Assembly (NCBI GenBank): GCA_002708985.1
Contig: PAPS01000018.1
Coordinates: 263 to 64,262 of the forward strand
Origin: Saprospirales bacterium
Lineage (GTDB): Bacteria; Bacteroidota; Bacteroidia; Chitinophagales; UBA8649
Direction of reading: 5' to 3'
Length of the DNA stretch: 64,000 nt
Below the pieces are notes generated by a model, which saw only the letters and a list, made by a program, of their open reading frames with translations, did not search any database and was not told the DNA's origin. Both the position numbers and the translations under genes were made by a program. Positions 37,667 through 47,049 of this stretch are shown piece by piece (position 1 is the stretch's first letter; every line of letters starts with the position of its first letter).

Positions 37667-39319
37667 TTATCGCAAAGAAAATCGGGTAATGTGCTGAGAT
37701 CCATTTAATGTGCTTCGGACGACATAACTTCCCCTCGGCCAACTGTCCACCTCAATATATTGGTGCTCTTTTGCGTCAACGTATTTCTCTAGAACTACTT
37801 TGCCGAGTAAATCGGTAATGAGTAACTCCCCGGTAAATGGCCTGTTCCAACGAATTCGAGTGTAATTCGAAGCGGGATTAGGCATAATAGTAGCATTTAT
37901 GGTGCGCTTAGACAGATCATCGGGAATAAGATCAAGCGATAGAGTTGTTCTGCAACCAGAGCTTTTTTCTTCCACTTCTACTGAGATTTCATTTGATGAA
38001 ATGTCACTCAAACCGATAATCGTTCCACGGAGTCCGTTATTCCATTGAAATCTAAATTTATCAGGAGTTTCAATAGCCACTTTTACCTGACTTTGGGTAT
38101 AATCTATGGTTAAGGATGCATCGATGCCATTAGTTCGATAATCGTTAAAAAATTTTCTTGTAGCGAGAATCGCTGGAAGTACACATCCATCATGATTGAG
38201 CATGCCAAAGTCCAATGATTGAATGGATGGGGCCCCATTGGCTTTCCATGCAGAATCAGCAACTACACTATTTAAGTAGGTTACTTGATCATCGCCTTCA
38301 CAATAGTGTAAACTAACAGGAACTTCAGGAGCCCATTCTAAAAGAGAATTCTCCCGTAGGCTTCTTCTTAAAGGATGCTCTGGATTGACTTTGTAATCCT
38401 CTAATTCATCAATTTGCAGAACAAGATTTGGTGTGTCTGGGCATTGACTATTGATATATCCAATGCTTCGGTTGCCGTAGAACAACGCTGGCATAAGGGA
38501 ATCATATGGCTCAACAAATATGTCTTGGAAGCTGTAATCAGCAAAACGATCAGGATACATTTCCATGTAGCTCAAAATGATATATCCGACATATCCAGGG
38601 GTGGGATAGGGAGCATCTCTTGTTAGATATACCGATTGAACCCCGTCCATGTCATAGGCTCCGGACATTGGTGCCGCACAACTGACTGTAAATTCATCTG
38701 CATACATTTCTTGCATATATTTTAAGGATGCCATAGTAGAAAACCCTCCTTGTGAATATCCTGTCAACATGATTTCATGTCCAAGATATAGATCAACTTC
38801 ATTGGAATTAATTTCTCGTATTGCGCGTGCGAGATTTATGGAACTGTGTGCCTGAGAAAAGGCATGCTGATATGGATGAATTCGAATGTCCGAGGTGCCT
38901 AATCCAATATAATCTGGAGCTCCCACAACATATCCTTCTCCGGCTAAAAGCATACAAATCAAAGCTTCTCCAACGTAAGGGCTTGTCGAAGGATTATTGT
39001 AGTTAGCGGCTTGGGTTCCATGATGGTATAATAAAAGAGGAGCCTTGCATGTGGGATTAAGAGGCCGCGCAAGTAGACCAGAAACTTCTGTTAAAGAATC
39101 TTTGTATTCGCAGAGATAGAGCACTTGATAGAGCTCTACTCCATAATCAATATTCATAAACTCTTCAGGAATGCCTTGTTCAGTTAAAAATTCTAAGACT
39201 TCTTGGCGGCTAAAGCTATCGATTCGATTCATCGAAACGAAGCGGTCTTGACTGTAGGATAGGGAAAAGGAAAGAAGCCCCGTAAAGATTAACAGAGATT
39301 TTAGACAAGGGATTTTCAT
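37667..39319 (-). CDS. Secreted alpha/beta-hydrolase (lipase-like) with a T9SS sorting domain
   Basis: Start moved to MKIPCLKSLL, because the track N-extension overlaps folD. Nucleophile elbow GYSQGG. The C-terminus MPNPASNYT...GSYVVRS is T9SS-type. Confidence 0.65.
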   Translation of the reverse strand: MKIPCLKSLLIFTGLLSFSLSYSQDRFVSMNRIDSFSRQEVLEFLTEQGIPEEFMNIDYGVELYQVLYLCEYKDSLTEVSGLLARPLNPTCKAPLLLYHHGTQAANYNNPSTSPYVGEALICMLLAGEGYVVGAPDYIGLGTSDIRIHPYQHAFSQAHSSINLARAIREINSNEVDLYLGHEIMLTGYSQGGFSTMASLKYMQEMYADEFTVSCAAPMSGAYDMDGVQSVYLTRDAPYPTPGYVGYIILSYMEMYPDRFADYSFQDIFVEPYDSLMPALFYGNRSIGYINSQCPDTPNLVLQIDELEDYKVNPEHPLRRSLRENSLLEWAPEVPVSLHYCEGDDQVTYLNSVVADSAWKANGAPSIQSLDFGMLNHDGCVLPAILATRKFFNDYRTNGIDASLTIDYTQSQVKVAIETPDKFRFQWNNGLRGTIIGLSDISSNEISVEVEEKSSGCRTTLSLDLIPDDLSKRTINATIMPNPASNYTRIRWNRPFTGELLITDLLGKVVLEKYVDAKEHQYIEVDSWPRGSYVVRSTLNGSQHITRFSLR

Positions 39320-39324
39320 ATATA

Positions 39325-40206
39325 TCAATATACGGCTTTCTGTGCCGCGAGTAGGGTGTTTTGAAGTAGAGAAACCACGGTCATTGGGCCTACACCTCCA
39401 GGTACTGGGGTTATCCAGCTGCATTGTTCACGAACATTATCAAAGTGAACATCACCTACAAGACGAAAGCCACGCTTCATGCTGCTATCCTCGATACGTG
39501 TTATGCCCACATCAATGATTACGGCACCATCTTTTACATGATGTTTGTCGATGAACTCCGCTTTACCCAAAGCGACAATGAGAATATCTGCAGCCTTTGT
39601 GTATTGCTCAAGGTCTTGAGTTCTAGAATGGCAGAGAGTAACTGTGCAGTTTCCAACTTTTGCTGAACGTGACATCAAAATAGACATCGGTCTTCCAACA
39701 ATATTGCTTCGCCCTATGACTACACAGTGCTTACCACTGGTTTCAATATCATTCCTATCGAGTAAGGTGATAATACCCATGGGGGTAGCAGGCAGGTAAC
39801 TTGGGAGATTCAGCGTCATACGACCGATATTAATGGGATGAAAACCATCTACATCTTTTGCTGGATCAATGGCTTGTAAGACTTTATCGCTATTGATGTG
39901 GTTGGGAAGGGGGAGTTGGACAATAAAACCATCAATAGAATGATTTTCATTTAGCTTTTGTACTTCATCTAATAAGGCATCTTCTGTTATATCCTGTTCA
40001 AACCTTAAAACCGTAGAATTCATTCCGACATATTCACAGGCCTTAACTTTGTGATTGACATAGGTTCGACTCGCTCCATCATCTCCTACAAGAATTGCGG
40101 CAAGGTGAGGCGGGCGTCCATTGGGAAAGTTTGTTTGAGCGACGGTTTCTTTAATTTCATCTTTGATTTGTTGGCTTAAAACTTTGCCATTGAGTAGTTG
40201 AGTCAT
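39325..40206 (-). CDS. folD: Bifunctional methylenetetrahydrofolate dehydrogenase/cyclohydrolase
   Basis: LAAILVGDDGASRTYV...GRSNIVGRPM...TPVPGGVGPMTV. Confidence 0.95.
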   Translation of the reverse strand: MTQLLNGKVLSQQIKDEIKETVAQTNFPNGRPPHLAAILVGDDGASRTYVNHKVKACEYVGMNSTVLRFEQDITEDALLDEVQKLNENHSIDGFIVQLPLPNHINSDKVLQAIDPAKDVDGFHPINIGRMTLNLPSYLPATPMGIITLLDRNDIETSGKHCVVIGRSNIVGRPMSILMSRSAKVGNCTVTLCHSRTQDLEQYTKAADILIVALGKAEFIDKHHVKDGAVIIDVGITRIEDSSMKRGFRLVGDVHFDNVREQCSWITPVPGGVGPMTVVSLLQNTLLAAQKAVY

Positions 40207-40212
40207 AACAGA

Positions 40213-41127
40213 TTATTTTTTGCTACGCTTTTTGAGATAGGGTAATAGGATTTGGCCAAACTCACGCCGGATGTCTGCCTCAACTCTATCTATTTTTAGT
40301 TTTCGGCAGGCTAGATCGAGCGCTTTGAATTTAGCCTCCATCATTTTTCGGTATTCCTCCTTAATTGCATGGGGTTGCACTTTAACCATTTGGCCTGTTT
40401 CCATATCAATCATGCGCAAGGGGCGATTGGGAAACTTAAAGTCCATTTCATATTCGCTATCCATTATATGGAACAGTATGACTTCGTGCTTTTTGAAGGT
40501 TAAATGCCTTAAGGCCTCAATAAGTTCTTCGCTATTTTCTTCAGCCAGCCCATCCGTTAACAGGACAATTAGTGATCGATTGGGGAGTTGTTCTGCAAGT
40601 ACATGGAGATTGCTCGAGAGTTTTGTTCCACCATATTCGGATTCACCTTGGATGAGTTGCTCTAGGTTATGATAGATTCTTGCGATGTTAGCGCGATTAC
40701 TCGTGGCAGGAATCCATTCTTCAATGTTATCGGCTAATAGCGTGAGCCCCACTGCATCCCGCTGTTTTTGCATCATTTCCATGAGCGCTGCTGCTGAGAC
40801 GGCCGAAAAATGCATTTTGTTTGTGCGGTGTTCACCCTTTGGAAAAAACATGGAGTTTGAAACGTCCAATACCAATTGGCAACGCAGATTGGTTTCCTCC
40901 TCGTAGCGTTTGACATACATTCTATCGGTACGTGCAAAGACCTTCCAATCTAAATGTTTGATTGATTCACCTTGATTGTATAAGCGGTGTTCGGCAAACT
41001 CTACTGAATATCCATGAAATGGGCTTTTGTGCAGACCCACCATAAACCCTTCAACCACTTGTTTGGCAAGAAATTCTAGGTTGTCAAACTGCCGAACTTC
41101 TTTTAATGAACGAAGGTATTGAGACAT
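40213..41127 (-). CDS. DUF58 domain protein (vWA-like, MoxR-associated family)
   Basis: SPFHGYSVEFAEHRLYNQGESIKHLDWKVFARTDRMYVKRYEEE. Confidence 0.85.
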   Translation of the reverse strand: MSQYLRSLKEVRQFDNLEFLAKQVVEGFMVGLHKSPFHGYSVEFAEHRLYNQGESIKHLDWKVFARTDRMYVKRYEEETNLRCQLVLDVSNSMFFPKGEHRTNKMHFSAVSAAALMEMMQKQRDAVGLTLLADNIEEWIPATSNRANIARIYHNLEQLIQGESEYGGTKLSSNLHVLAEQLPNRSLIVLLTDGLAEENSEELIEALRHLTFKKHEVILFHIMDSEYEMDFKFPNRPLRMIDMETGQMVKVQPHAIKEEYRKMMEAKFKALDLACRKLKIDRVEADIRREFGQILLPYLKKRSKK

Positions 41128-41254
41128 TACGGCAAGGTAAGAAGTTTGGCTCTTTTGTAAGGGCTTTTTACTTTTTTGACATATAGAAAAAATTTCCCTT
41201 ACTTTTCAAGTAGGTTGCAAATATTGTTATCTATTAAATATCAAATCTATTAAT

Positions 41255-41875
41255 GTGATACACAAAGATTTTTTTGATTATGAGTTGTCAGAAGCTTTGA
41301 GGGATTTAGCCTTCTTTAAGGCTGACGAGTCCATAAATTATATCAAAATTCATGACATCTGTCTTTCGGAGTTCACTAAACCAACATTTAATAAAGAGGG
41401 CAGATTTTCTGAAGGTCCTCGCGGGTTTAGAAATGAATATGAAAAATATGTTCAAAGCCACTTAATGGAGCCTTCAAAAAGTAGAAACCCATGTATATAC
41501 ATTTTTGAGGTAGTAGAATCGGATACTGATATTCTAAGGACTTATGTTGATTTTATCGATTCACAAAAAGCATCACCTAACAGAAGGAATTGTTCTAGTA
41601 TAAATCTGAACAGAAAGAAGGGATTGAACAAACATGAACAAAGCATATTATACGTTGGTAAAAGTGAAAAGCCAATAGATGGTAGAATTGTTGTTCATTT
41701 CGGGTATTATGAAAAAGGTGTTGCCGGACTGCAATTGGTGTATTGGGGCAAAGACATTAATCTGAAGATAAACCTGCACGTATTTGAGTTTATCGATAAA
41801 AAATCACAGCGATATTTAGAAGTTATAGAAAAGTTATTTTTCGTTCAACTTAATCCTATTATTGGTAAGAGATAA
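41255..41875 (+). CDS. Orphan hypothetical protein, AT-rich, with weak GIY-YIG-like motifs
   Basis: GTG start. PCIYIFEV ... ILYVGKSEKPIDGRIVVHFG ... E..L....NPIIGK. No confident family. Confidence 0.4.
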   Translation: MIHKDFFDYELSEALRDLAFFKADESINYIKIHDICLSEFTKPTFNKEGRFSEGPRGFRNEYEKYVQSHLMEPSKSRNPCIYIFEVVESDTDILRTYVDFIDSQKASPNRRNCSSINLNRKKGLNKHEQSILYVGKSEKPIDGRIVVHFGYYEKGVAGLQLVYWGKDINLKINLHVFEFIDKKSQRYLEVIEKLFFVQLNPIIGKR

Positions 41876-42017
41876 GAAACAATCTGCAAAGCTACTACGA
41901 TTCAATTCTCCCTGTTTTCATACACCTGCCTGTCTGCGTTAGAGGAATACTCATTGTGCCTTGATATTGTAAAAAGTAAGTTCGATCTTCCCCGAAGGGA
42001 GGCGGGATGTGGTGGGC

Positions 42018-42992
42018 TTATTTATCCCCTTTTGGCGGCTCCGAAATCGAATTACGCATAGAAGTATCCGCTTGAATGTTCTGCAGTCGGTAATAGTCCA
42101 TAACACCAAGATTGCCACCTCGGAAAGCTTCTGCTAACGCTCTAGGTACTTCTGCTTCTGCTTCAATAACTTTAGCGCGCATCTCTTGGGCTTTCGCCAG
42201 CATCTCTTGCTCTATGGCAATCGCCATTGCTCGACGCTCTTCTGCTTTTGCTTGGGCAATATTTTTGTCTGCATTGGCTTGGTCTATCTGTAGCTCCGCA
42301 CCAATGTTTTTTCCTACATCCACATCGGCAATATCAATGGATAAAATTTCAAATGCTGTTCCAGAGTCTAGTCCTTTCTCCAATACCAATCGAGAGATTG
42401 TGTCAGGATTTTCAAGCACCGCTTTGTGGGAGTTTGCTGAACCAATTGACGTGACAATACCTTCTCCTACACGCGCTAAGATGGTTTCTTCTCCAGCACC
42501 ACCTACGAGCTGTCGGATGTTGGCACGAACCGTAACGCGTGCTTTACCAATCAATTGGATTCCATCTTTTGCTACGGCGGTAACCGGAGGTGATTCAATA
42601 ACCCTTGGGTTTACCGAAAGTTGAACGGCTTCAAAGACATCACGTCCAGCTAGATCTATAGCTGTGGCATCATTAAAGGATAACTCAATGTTTGCCTTGT
42701 CTGCTGAGATTAATGCATTAATCACTTTAGATACATTTCCACCTGCAAGGAAGTGAGCTTCTAACAAATCCCTTTCAACGGTAACTCCTGCTTTGGTAGC
42801 TGTAATCATAGCATTAACAATTGTTGAAGGCGGAACTTTCCGAAGACGCATAGCAAAGAGTGCCGCAATGCCTACCCGCACTCCTGAGAAAAGTGCTGTA
42901 ATCCAAAGTCCAATCGGTATGAAGTAAAAGAATAATATCAAAAAGAGTATCGATAAACCGACTGAAACAAAGAGTAAAATTGAAGGGTCCAT
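42018..42992 (-). CDS. floA: Flotillin-like protein FloA (SPFH, YqfA/UPF0365)
   Basis: N-terminal hairpin [19 protein letters not shown]..., SPFH core, and an A/E-rich C-terminus. Confidence 0.9.
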   Translation of the reverse strand: MDPSILLFVSVGLSILFLILFFYFIPIGLWITALFSGVRVGIAALFAMRLRKVPPSTIVNAMITATKAGVTVERDLLEAHFLAGGNVSKVINALISADKANIELSFNDATAIDLAGRDVFEAVQLSVNPRVIESPPVTAVAKDGIQLIGKARVTVRANIRQLVGGAGEETILARVGEGIVTSIGSANSHKAVLENPDTISRLVLEKGLDSGTAFEILSIDIADVDVGKNIGAELQIDQANADKNIAQAKAEERRAMAIAIEQEMLAKAQEMRAKVIEAEAEVPRALAEAFRGGNLGVMDYYRLQNIQADTSMRNSISEPPKGDK

Positions 42993-43022
42993 AGGATATT
43001 TAGTTTATATATGAAAATAGCT

Positions 43023-43499
43023 CTATTCTTGAACTATTTGGACAATTAATTTTTGATGTTGTATTTCGACTACCGTCACATGGGCACCCGACTGAATGTA
43101 GCCATTTTGGGCTTGCGCTTCGAAACGATGACCGTTGATTTTAATGGTTCCGTTTGGTCGCAACGCACTAATTGCAGTTCCCGTATTACCAAGCTGAACC
43201 TCCTCAAAATATTCTTGCTCATTCACCCTGCCTTTGATTTCTTTTTCAACGAGTGATAGGGATTGACTTTGCCCCATTTTCTTTCCTAAGAAAAACATGA
43301 GTATAGATAGTCCAACAGTAGAAAGAAGTGCGACATTTCCCAACCATGCGGGTTCATTGGTATAGGCAAAGTATAAGGCAGCTACAATGGCACCTGCTCC
43401 TGCCACGCCGAAAATTGTTGTTCCAGGTATCAAAAAGACTTCGATCATTATAAAGAAAACACCCAGCGCAATGGTGAAGAGTATAAGTCCAGTAATCAT
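43023..43499 (-). CDS. nfeD: NfeD family membrane protein
   Basis: N-terminal TM helices plus a C-terminal OB-like domain (GTAISALRPNGTIKINGHRFEAQAQNGYIQSGAHVTVV). It sits directly upstream of floA. Confidence 0.8.
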   Translation of the reverse strand: MITGLILFTIALGVFFIMIEVFLIPGTTIFGVAGAGAIVAALYFAYTNEPAWLGNVALLSTVGLSILMFFLGKKMGQSQSLSLVEKEIKGRVNEQEYFEEVQLGNTGTAISALRPNGTIKINGHRFEAQAQNGYIQSGAHVTVVEIQHQKLIVQIVQE

Positions 43500-43537
43500 T
43501 CTTCTATAATACGTGTTTTCTTTGAAACTTAGGTGTT

Positions 43538-44014
43538 CTATTGGGGTTTACGTACCCAAGTAATGATACTTGTAAAGCCATTGCTCGATGAGGTTAAAAT
43601 CAAGTGATGATCGCTACATTGTTGGATAAGCGATGTGTCGTAGGCAGGTGATTCTAAAGCGATGGATCCTTTAGTTTCGTAAAAGGAATCAATTCGAACT
43701 ACAAGTAGTGAGTCTTCGACGACGGACCAAGAGCCCCGCTGTTCAATTCCTGCTGTATTTCTGACTATGGTGCCGTCCTCATTCCAACGACATTTCATAT
43801 CTATGTCTTGTTCTCCAAAAACAGGATAATCTGCGCTATCAATAGTTGTACTAAATAAATCAAACTCCCCGACAAGACAGGCTAAATCGTTTGGCGAAGT
43901 AAGCTCATCCATTCCCTTATCGGGTTTTTTTTCGTTGGAATTTGAGTTGCATTGAAACAAAAGCATTAGCCCAACGAGGCATAAGCAGAAGAGGATTGTA
44001 TTTTTAATTTGCAT
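43538..44014 (-). CDS. Hypothetical lipoprotein
   Basis: Start moved to MQIKNTILFCLCLVGLMLLFQC (lipobox). No family recognised. Confidence 0.45.
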   Translation of the reverse strand: MQIKNTILFCLCLVGLMLLFQCNSNSNEKKPDKGMDELTSPNDLACLVGEFDLFSTTIDSADYPVFGEQDIDMKCRWNEDGTIVRNTAGIEQRGSWSVVEDSLLVVRIDSFYETKGSIALESPAYDTSLIQQCSDHHLILTSSSNGFTSIITWVRKPQ

Positions 44015-44015
44015 C

Positions 44016-44489
44016 ATGATTGAATTATGGACCATAGGGAAACCGAAATTTACCTTTATAAACGAAGGTGAGCAAGAATTCGTTCGAAGAATTCGTCATT
44101 ATTCGAAGTTTTCCGTTGAATCCATAGAGGTAAAGTTGTCTTCTAGAAAAAACTTGTCATCATCCGATGTAAAAATTGCGGAGTCCGAAGCTATTCTCAA
44201 ACGCCTTGGAGATAAGAAAATATTGATTCTTCTCGATGAGCGAGGAAGGCGATATGATTCAATTGAATTTGCAAAAAAACTTGAGCACTGGCGGATGAAT
44301 GCACGGGATGGTTTAGTCTTTTTAATAGGGGGTGCCTATGGTTTCGATGAAGCGCTTTACTCAAGAGCTCACGATAAGGTATCGCTCTCCGACATGACCT
44401 TTAGCCATCAACTCATTCGGCTGATTTTTTTAGAGCAATTGTACCGTGCTCACACCATCTTGCGAGGAGAGAAATACCATAACCCATAA
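44016..44489 (+). CDS. rlmH: 23S rRNA (pseudouridine1915-N3)-methyltransferase
   Basis: 157 aa SPOUT protein: LLDERG...FLIGGAYGF...LSDMTFSHQL.R..LEQLYRA. Confidence 0.9.
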   Translation: MIELWTIGKPKFTFINEGEQEFVRRIRHYSKFSVESIEVKLSSRKNLSSSDVKIAESEAILKRLGDKKILILLDERGRRYDSIEFAKKLEHWRMNARDGLVFLIGGAYGFDEALYSRAHDKVSLSDMTFSHQLIRLIFLEQLYRAHTILRGEKYHNP

Positions 44490-44516
44490 TTACAGAATAT
44501 TTAGAAAGGCAGAAAT

Positions 44517-45344
44517 CTAGCCTTTTGATGCTTGCTTTTCTTTTTGCGCCTTCGCTTCTTCCATTATGACTTGGTAGTTGTTCAATATGGCACCTACTAC
44601 TAAGTTGAGTAGAAGAAAGGCAGAAAGGACAAACCAGGATACGTGATAAACATTCACTACGAGTTTGCTGGTTGGAATAATTTCAAGTTCTGCCGCTTTA
44701 TCGAGGTTATACTTTAAATCGGTCCAATCCTCTCCTGTGAGTATCCTAAAGAGCGTAAACATTGTCTCATCTAATGTGCCATAGGGGTCAGGAGACACAA
44801 CGGGCGCATTGGGTGCTAGCTCTGCATATATGTCAAGTTTTGTTTGCAATGTGGGCTGTGCCGAGTTATAGTCTGGTAATTTAAATAAGGTTACACCAAT
44901 CACGGCATAGAGATAAAGAAAGATTGAAAAGAATATAGCATTATAAAACAGCGATCGAAAAGAGCGTGCAAGGACTGAGACAATAAGCTTTATCTCCTCA
45001 GATGTTCGCAGTAATCGCAAGACACGAAATACTCGGAGTACTCGAATAGCTGAGATCATTTGAGCATTCTCAAACATAGACTCAGGTACAAAGCTGATGG
45101 CAACAATTGTAAAATCAAAAATATTCCAACCATCACTGAAGTATTCCTTGGCTGTATCGCTTGCCGCCATGCGCAGGACCACTTCAACGGTAAATATTAC
45201 TAGGCATAGTAACTGAATTGAGGCAATGGTTGGGTTGGTCATGTAGGTTTCAACCCCAATCAACAATGAATTTATCAGAATGACACCGATTATTGCCGAC
45301 TCAAAAAATCGGTCAGCCACGAGGGCCTTAAGCGTATTTTTCAT
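44517..45344 (-). CDS. Single-domain 6-TM voltage-gated cation channel (BacNav/NaChBac-like) with a Cav-like TGEDW filter
   Basis: S4 is IRVLRVFRVLRLLR (5 Arg at every third position). The pore is FTLFRILTGEDWTD (codons 44718..44741). The S5-P loop is long. Confidence 0.85.
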   Translation of the reverse strand: MKNTLKALVADRFFESAIIGVILINSLLIGVETYMTNPTIASIQLLCLVIFTVEVVLRMAASDTAKEYFSDGWNIFDFTIVAISFVPESMFENAQMISAIRVLRVFRVLRLLRTSEEIKLIVSVLARSFRSLFYNAIFFSIFLYLYAVIGVTLFKLPDYNSAQPTLQTKLDIYAELAPNAPVVSPDPYGTLDETMFTLFRILTGEDWTDLKYNLDKAAELEIIPTSKLVVNVYHVSWFVLSAFLLLNLVVGAILNNYQVIMEEAKAQKEKQASKG

Positions 45345-45363
45345 GTCTTACGAACTATGGTTG

Positions 45364-45711
45364 TTATTCACTGAGTCGGCTAACGATTCCGGCACTCAAG
45401 GAAACGAATACAAGCAAGGTTATTCCTGTCACAATGATATACATTTTTTCGAAGGGTAGCTGAAAAGCAAATACAATATGTTCAACGAGAAGCACAACAA
45501 AAAATAGCAGCCCAAGCACTCTTAGATTTGTTTTGGCACCATAGGCTTTAAAACTTAATGCTAAGGCGCTTATAAGGGTTAGGAAGCTAGATGCAAAAGC
45601 GCCTACTGTAACAAGCGTTTTGATATTAGGCGCAGCCACAGTGTGAATGCCAAAGGCAATGAGTGCGGCAACACCAAATACAACAATGGATTGAGCTAAA
45701 TTAACTTTCAT
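45364..45711 (-). CDS. Small 4-TM membrane protein
   Basis: Start moved to MKVNLAQSIVVFGV. Four hydrophobic helices. It overlaps the upstream gene by 11 nt. Confidence 0.5.
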   Translation of the reverse strand: MKVNLAQSIVVFGVAALIAFGIHTVAAPNIKTLVTVGAFASSFLTLISALALSFKAYGAKTNLRVLGLLFFVVLLVEHIVFAFQLPFEKMYIIVTGITLLVFVSLSAGIVSRLSE

Positions 45712-46072
45712 GGTTTGTGTCGTGGTTTGATTTGGGAATAGGCGGGGGTAGGAGGGCAACAAGCTTGAGCACTTCTGGAAGTTGCTCTGCAATTTCCCAG
45801 CTAGCCATACCAGGTTTCCACATGTAGGTATGTCGATTGATGGACTTATTTTCTACAAGCTTTAGCATTTCAGCATTGGTCAGCGGGCCAATTCGATCAC
45901 CATTCACCACGGCATAGTAGTCAGATGATGGAGGACTCATAGCATTCATCGCACCTGGTACATGCATGTTTTGCATGGTTTGATTCATCGACTGAATCAT
46001 TTGCTGGGCTACTGCCATACTCATACCAAATTCTATCAGGCGGTCAACGGAAAAAAAGTCGCTATCATTCAT
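45701..46072 (-). CDS. Met/Gln-rich protein with a GYF_2 (DUF4339) domain
   Basis: The first ATG (MNDSDFF) forms a TAATG overlap with the upstream stop. GYF_2-like YYAVVNGDRIGPLTNAEMLKLV...TYMWKPGMASWEIAEQLPE is followed by LLPPPIPK. Confidence 0.65.
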   Translation of the reverse strand: MNDSDFFSVDRLIEFGMSMAVAQQMIQSMNQTMQNMHVPGAMNAMSPPSSDYYAVVNGDRIGPLTNAEMLKLVENKSINRHTYMWKPGMASWEIAEQLPEVLKLVALLPPPIPKSNHDTNHES

Positions 46073-47031
46073 TATCTGCAATTAGTGGTTAAGGTTCGTT
46101 TAAGTGACCCTGTAAAAATGAGCAAAGTTCTCCATCGATAGAACGCTACTCCTGGAACTTCCATATGAATTCCCCCTCCTTCTCCGGTTCGTGCATCTCG
46201 CCTGTGGCCATCTATAATAATGGGCGCAAAAAGTTTTAACCAACCGTCTTTTTTAAAAGATGTAATGTCTTCGTAAGCCAAAAACCTAAGTTCTGCACTG
46301 CCTACCTTTTTATTGCCTTTCCAAAACACGCCTTTAGACGTGACTAAAAAAGATGGTGAGTTTAGCCCCCGTTTGCCGCTAAACAACGCTGGTTTGTAGG
46401 CTTTACCCCTTTCCGAAGTAACATTTTTGGCTTTCAAAGTCTTTTTGATTTGCTTAAAGGCACTACTAGACAGTGCTTCGTGAGGTGCTATGGTTACATC
46501 TCCTAGTAAACGAATTTTTTTTCCAATAATCCCTTCGTAGGTAAATACTTTAATAGACTCATAAGGCAGGAATGAACTTCTTGTCTTAAACCATCCCTTT
46601 CTTATATGACTCACTCCTTTGTCTCCTAAAACAATTACTTCTCGTTTGGAAAGCCATCGAGAGGGCGACAAAATAGGGAACATAGTAATGAGCTTTTCAC
46701 CTTCTGTTTCAGCGTGGCTTGCAGATCCACCATTTTTGGAGATATGGTCTTTAATCGATTCAATCGTTGGTCTTGAACAGACAAATTTAATCGTGTTAGC
46801 ACTGCCGCCTCCCGCTTTATATCCCGTCTCCATTTTACTACCTAGTAACCCAAGTGAGGTGTCAAAATAGATGATGTTTTTGATGGTCAAACTTCGCTGA
46901 CTAGGCTTCCAGAAGAATAGGCCAAAAAGCTTAAAACGATAGGTTATCTGATTACTATCCAACTCTAAACTCTTTATCCCGAATGATCGCAGGGAGACGA
47001 TTATATTACTTTTGATTGTTTGGGTTTCCAT
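46072..47031 (-). CDS. Hypothetical protein; apparent triple bacterial-PH-like repeat
   Basis: Three ~100-aa modules share the same pattern: ITYRFKLFGLFFWK..LTIKNIIYF, VSHIRKGWFKTRSSFLPYESIKVFTY and VFWKGNKKVGSAELRFLAYEDITSF. Confidence 0.4.
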   Translation of the reverse strand: METQTIKSNIIVSLRSFGIKSLELDSNQITYRFKLFGLFFWKPSQRSLTIKNIIYFDTSLGLLGSKMETGYKAGGGSANTIKFVCSRPTIESIKDHISKNGGSASHAETEGEKLITMFPILSPSRWLSKREVIVLGDKGVSHIRKGWFKTRSSFLPYESIKVFTYEGIIGKKIRLLGDVTIAPHEALSSSAFKQIKKTLKAKNVTSERGKAYKPALFSGKRGLNSPSFLVTSKGVFWKGNKKVGSAELRFLAYEDITSFKKDGWLKLFAPIIIDGHRRDARTGEGGGIHMEVPGVAFYRWRTLLIFTGSLKRTLTTNCR

Positions 47032-47049
47032 ACAATAGTTAGTTTGACT

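Noticed and set aside
39320-39424. N-terminal extensions of track ORFs: the lipase at 37667..39424, the cupredoxin protein at 53194..55338, the collagen protein from 2561, the MBL hydrolase to 58624 and the 4-TM protein to 45792.
   Set aside because: The extensions overlap neighbouring well-supported genes (folD, queE, the FISUMP gene, ribH, the GYF gene). Each has an internal Met followed by a proper signal peptide or conserved N-terminus, so I used the shorter starts.
41983-42018. G-rich motif atcttccccgaagggaggcgggatgtggtgggc immediately after the floA stop resembles atcttacccgcagggagggggtggattgggtgc at 57688..57721, after the MBL hydrolase stop. The first 20 nt match at 18 of 20 positions.
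   Set aside because: An 18/20 match is about what chance predicts for all position pairs in 64 kb on both strands. The potential hairpins are weak and rely on GU pairs and mismatches. Only the shared position after stop codons is suggestive, so I do not call it a repeat element.
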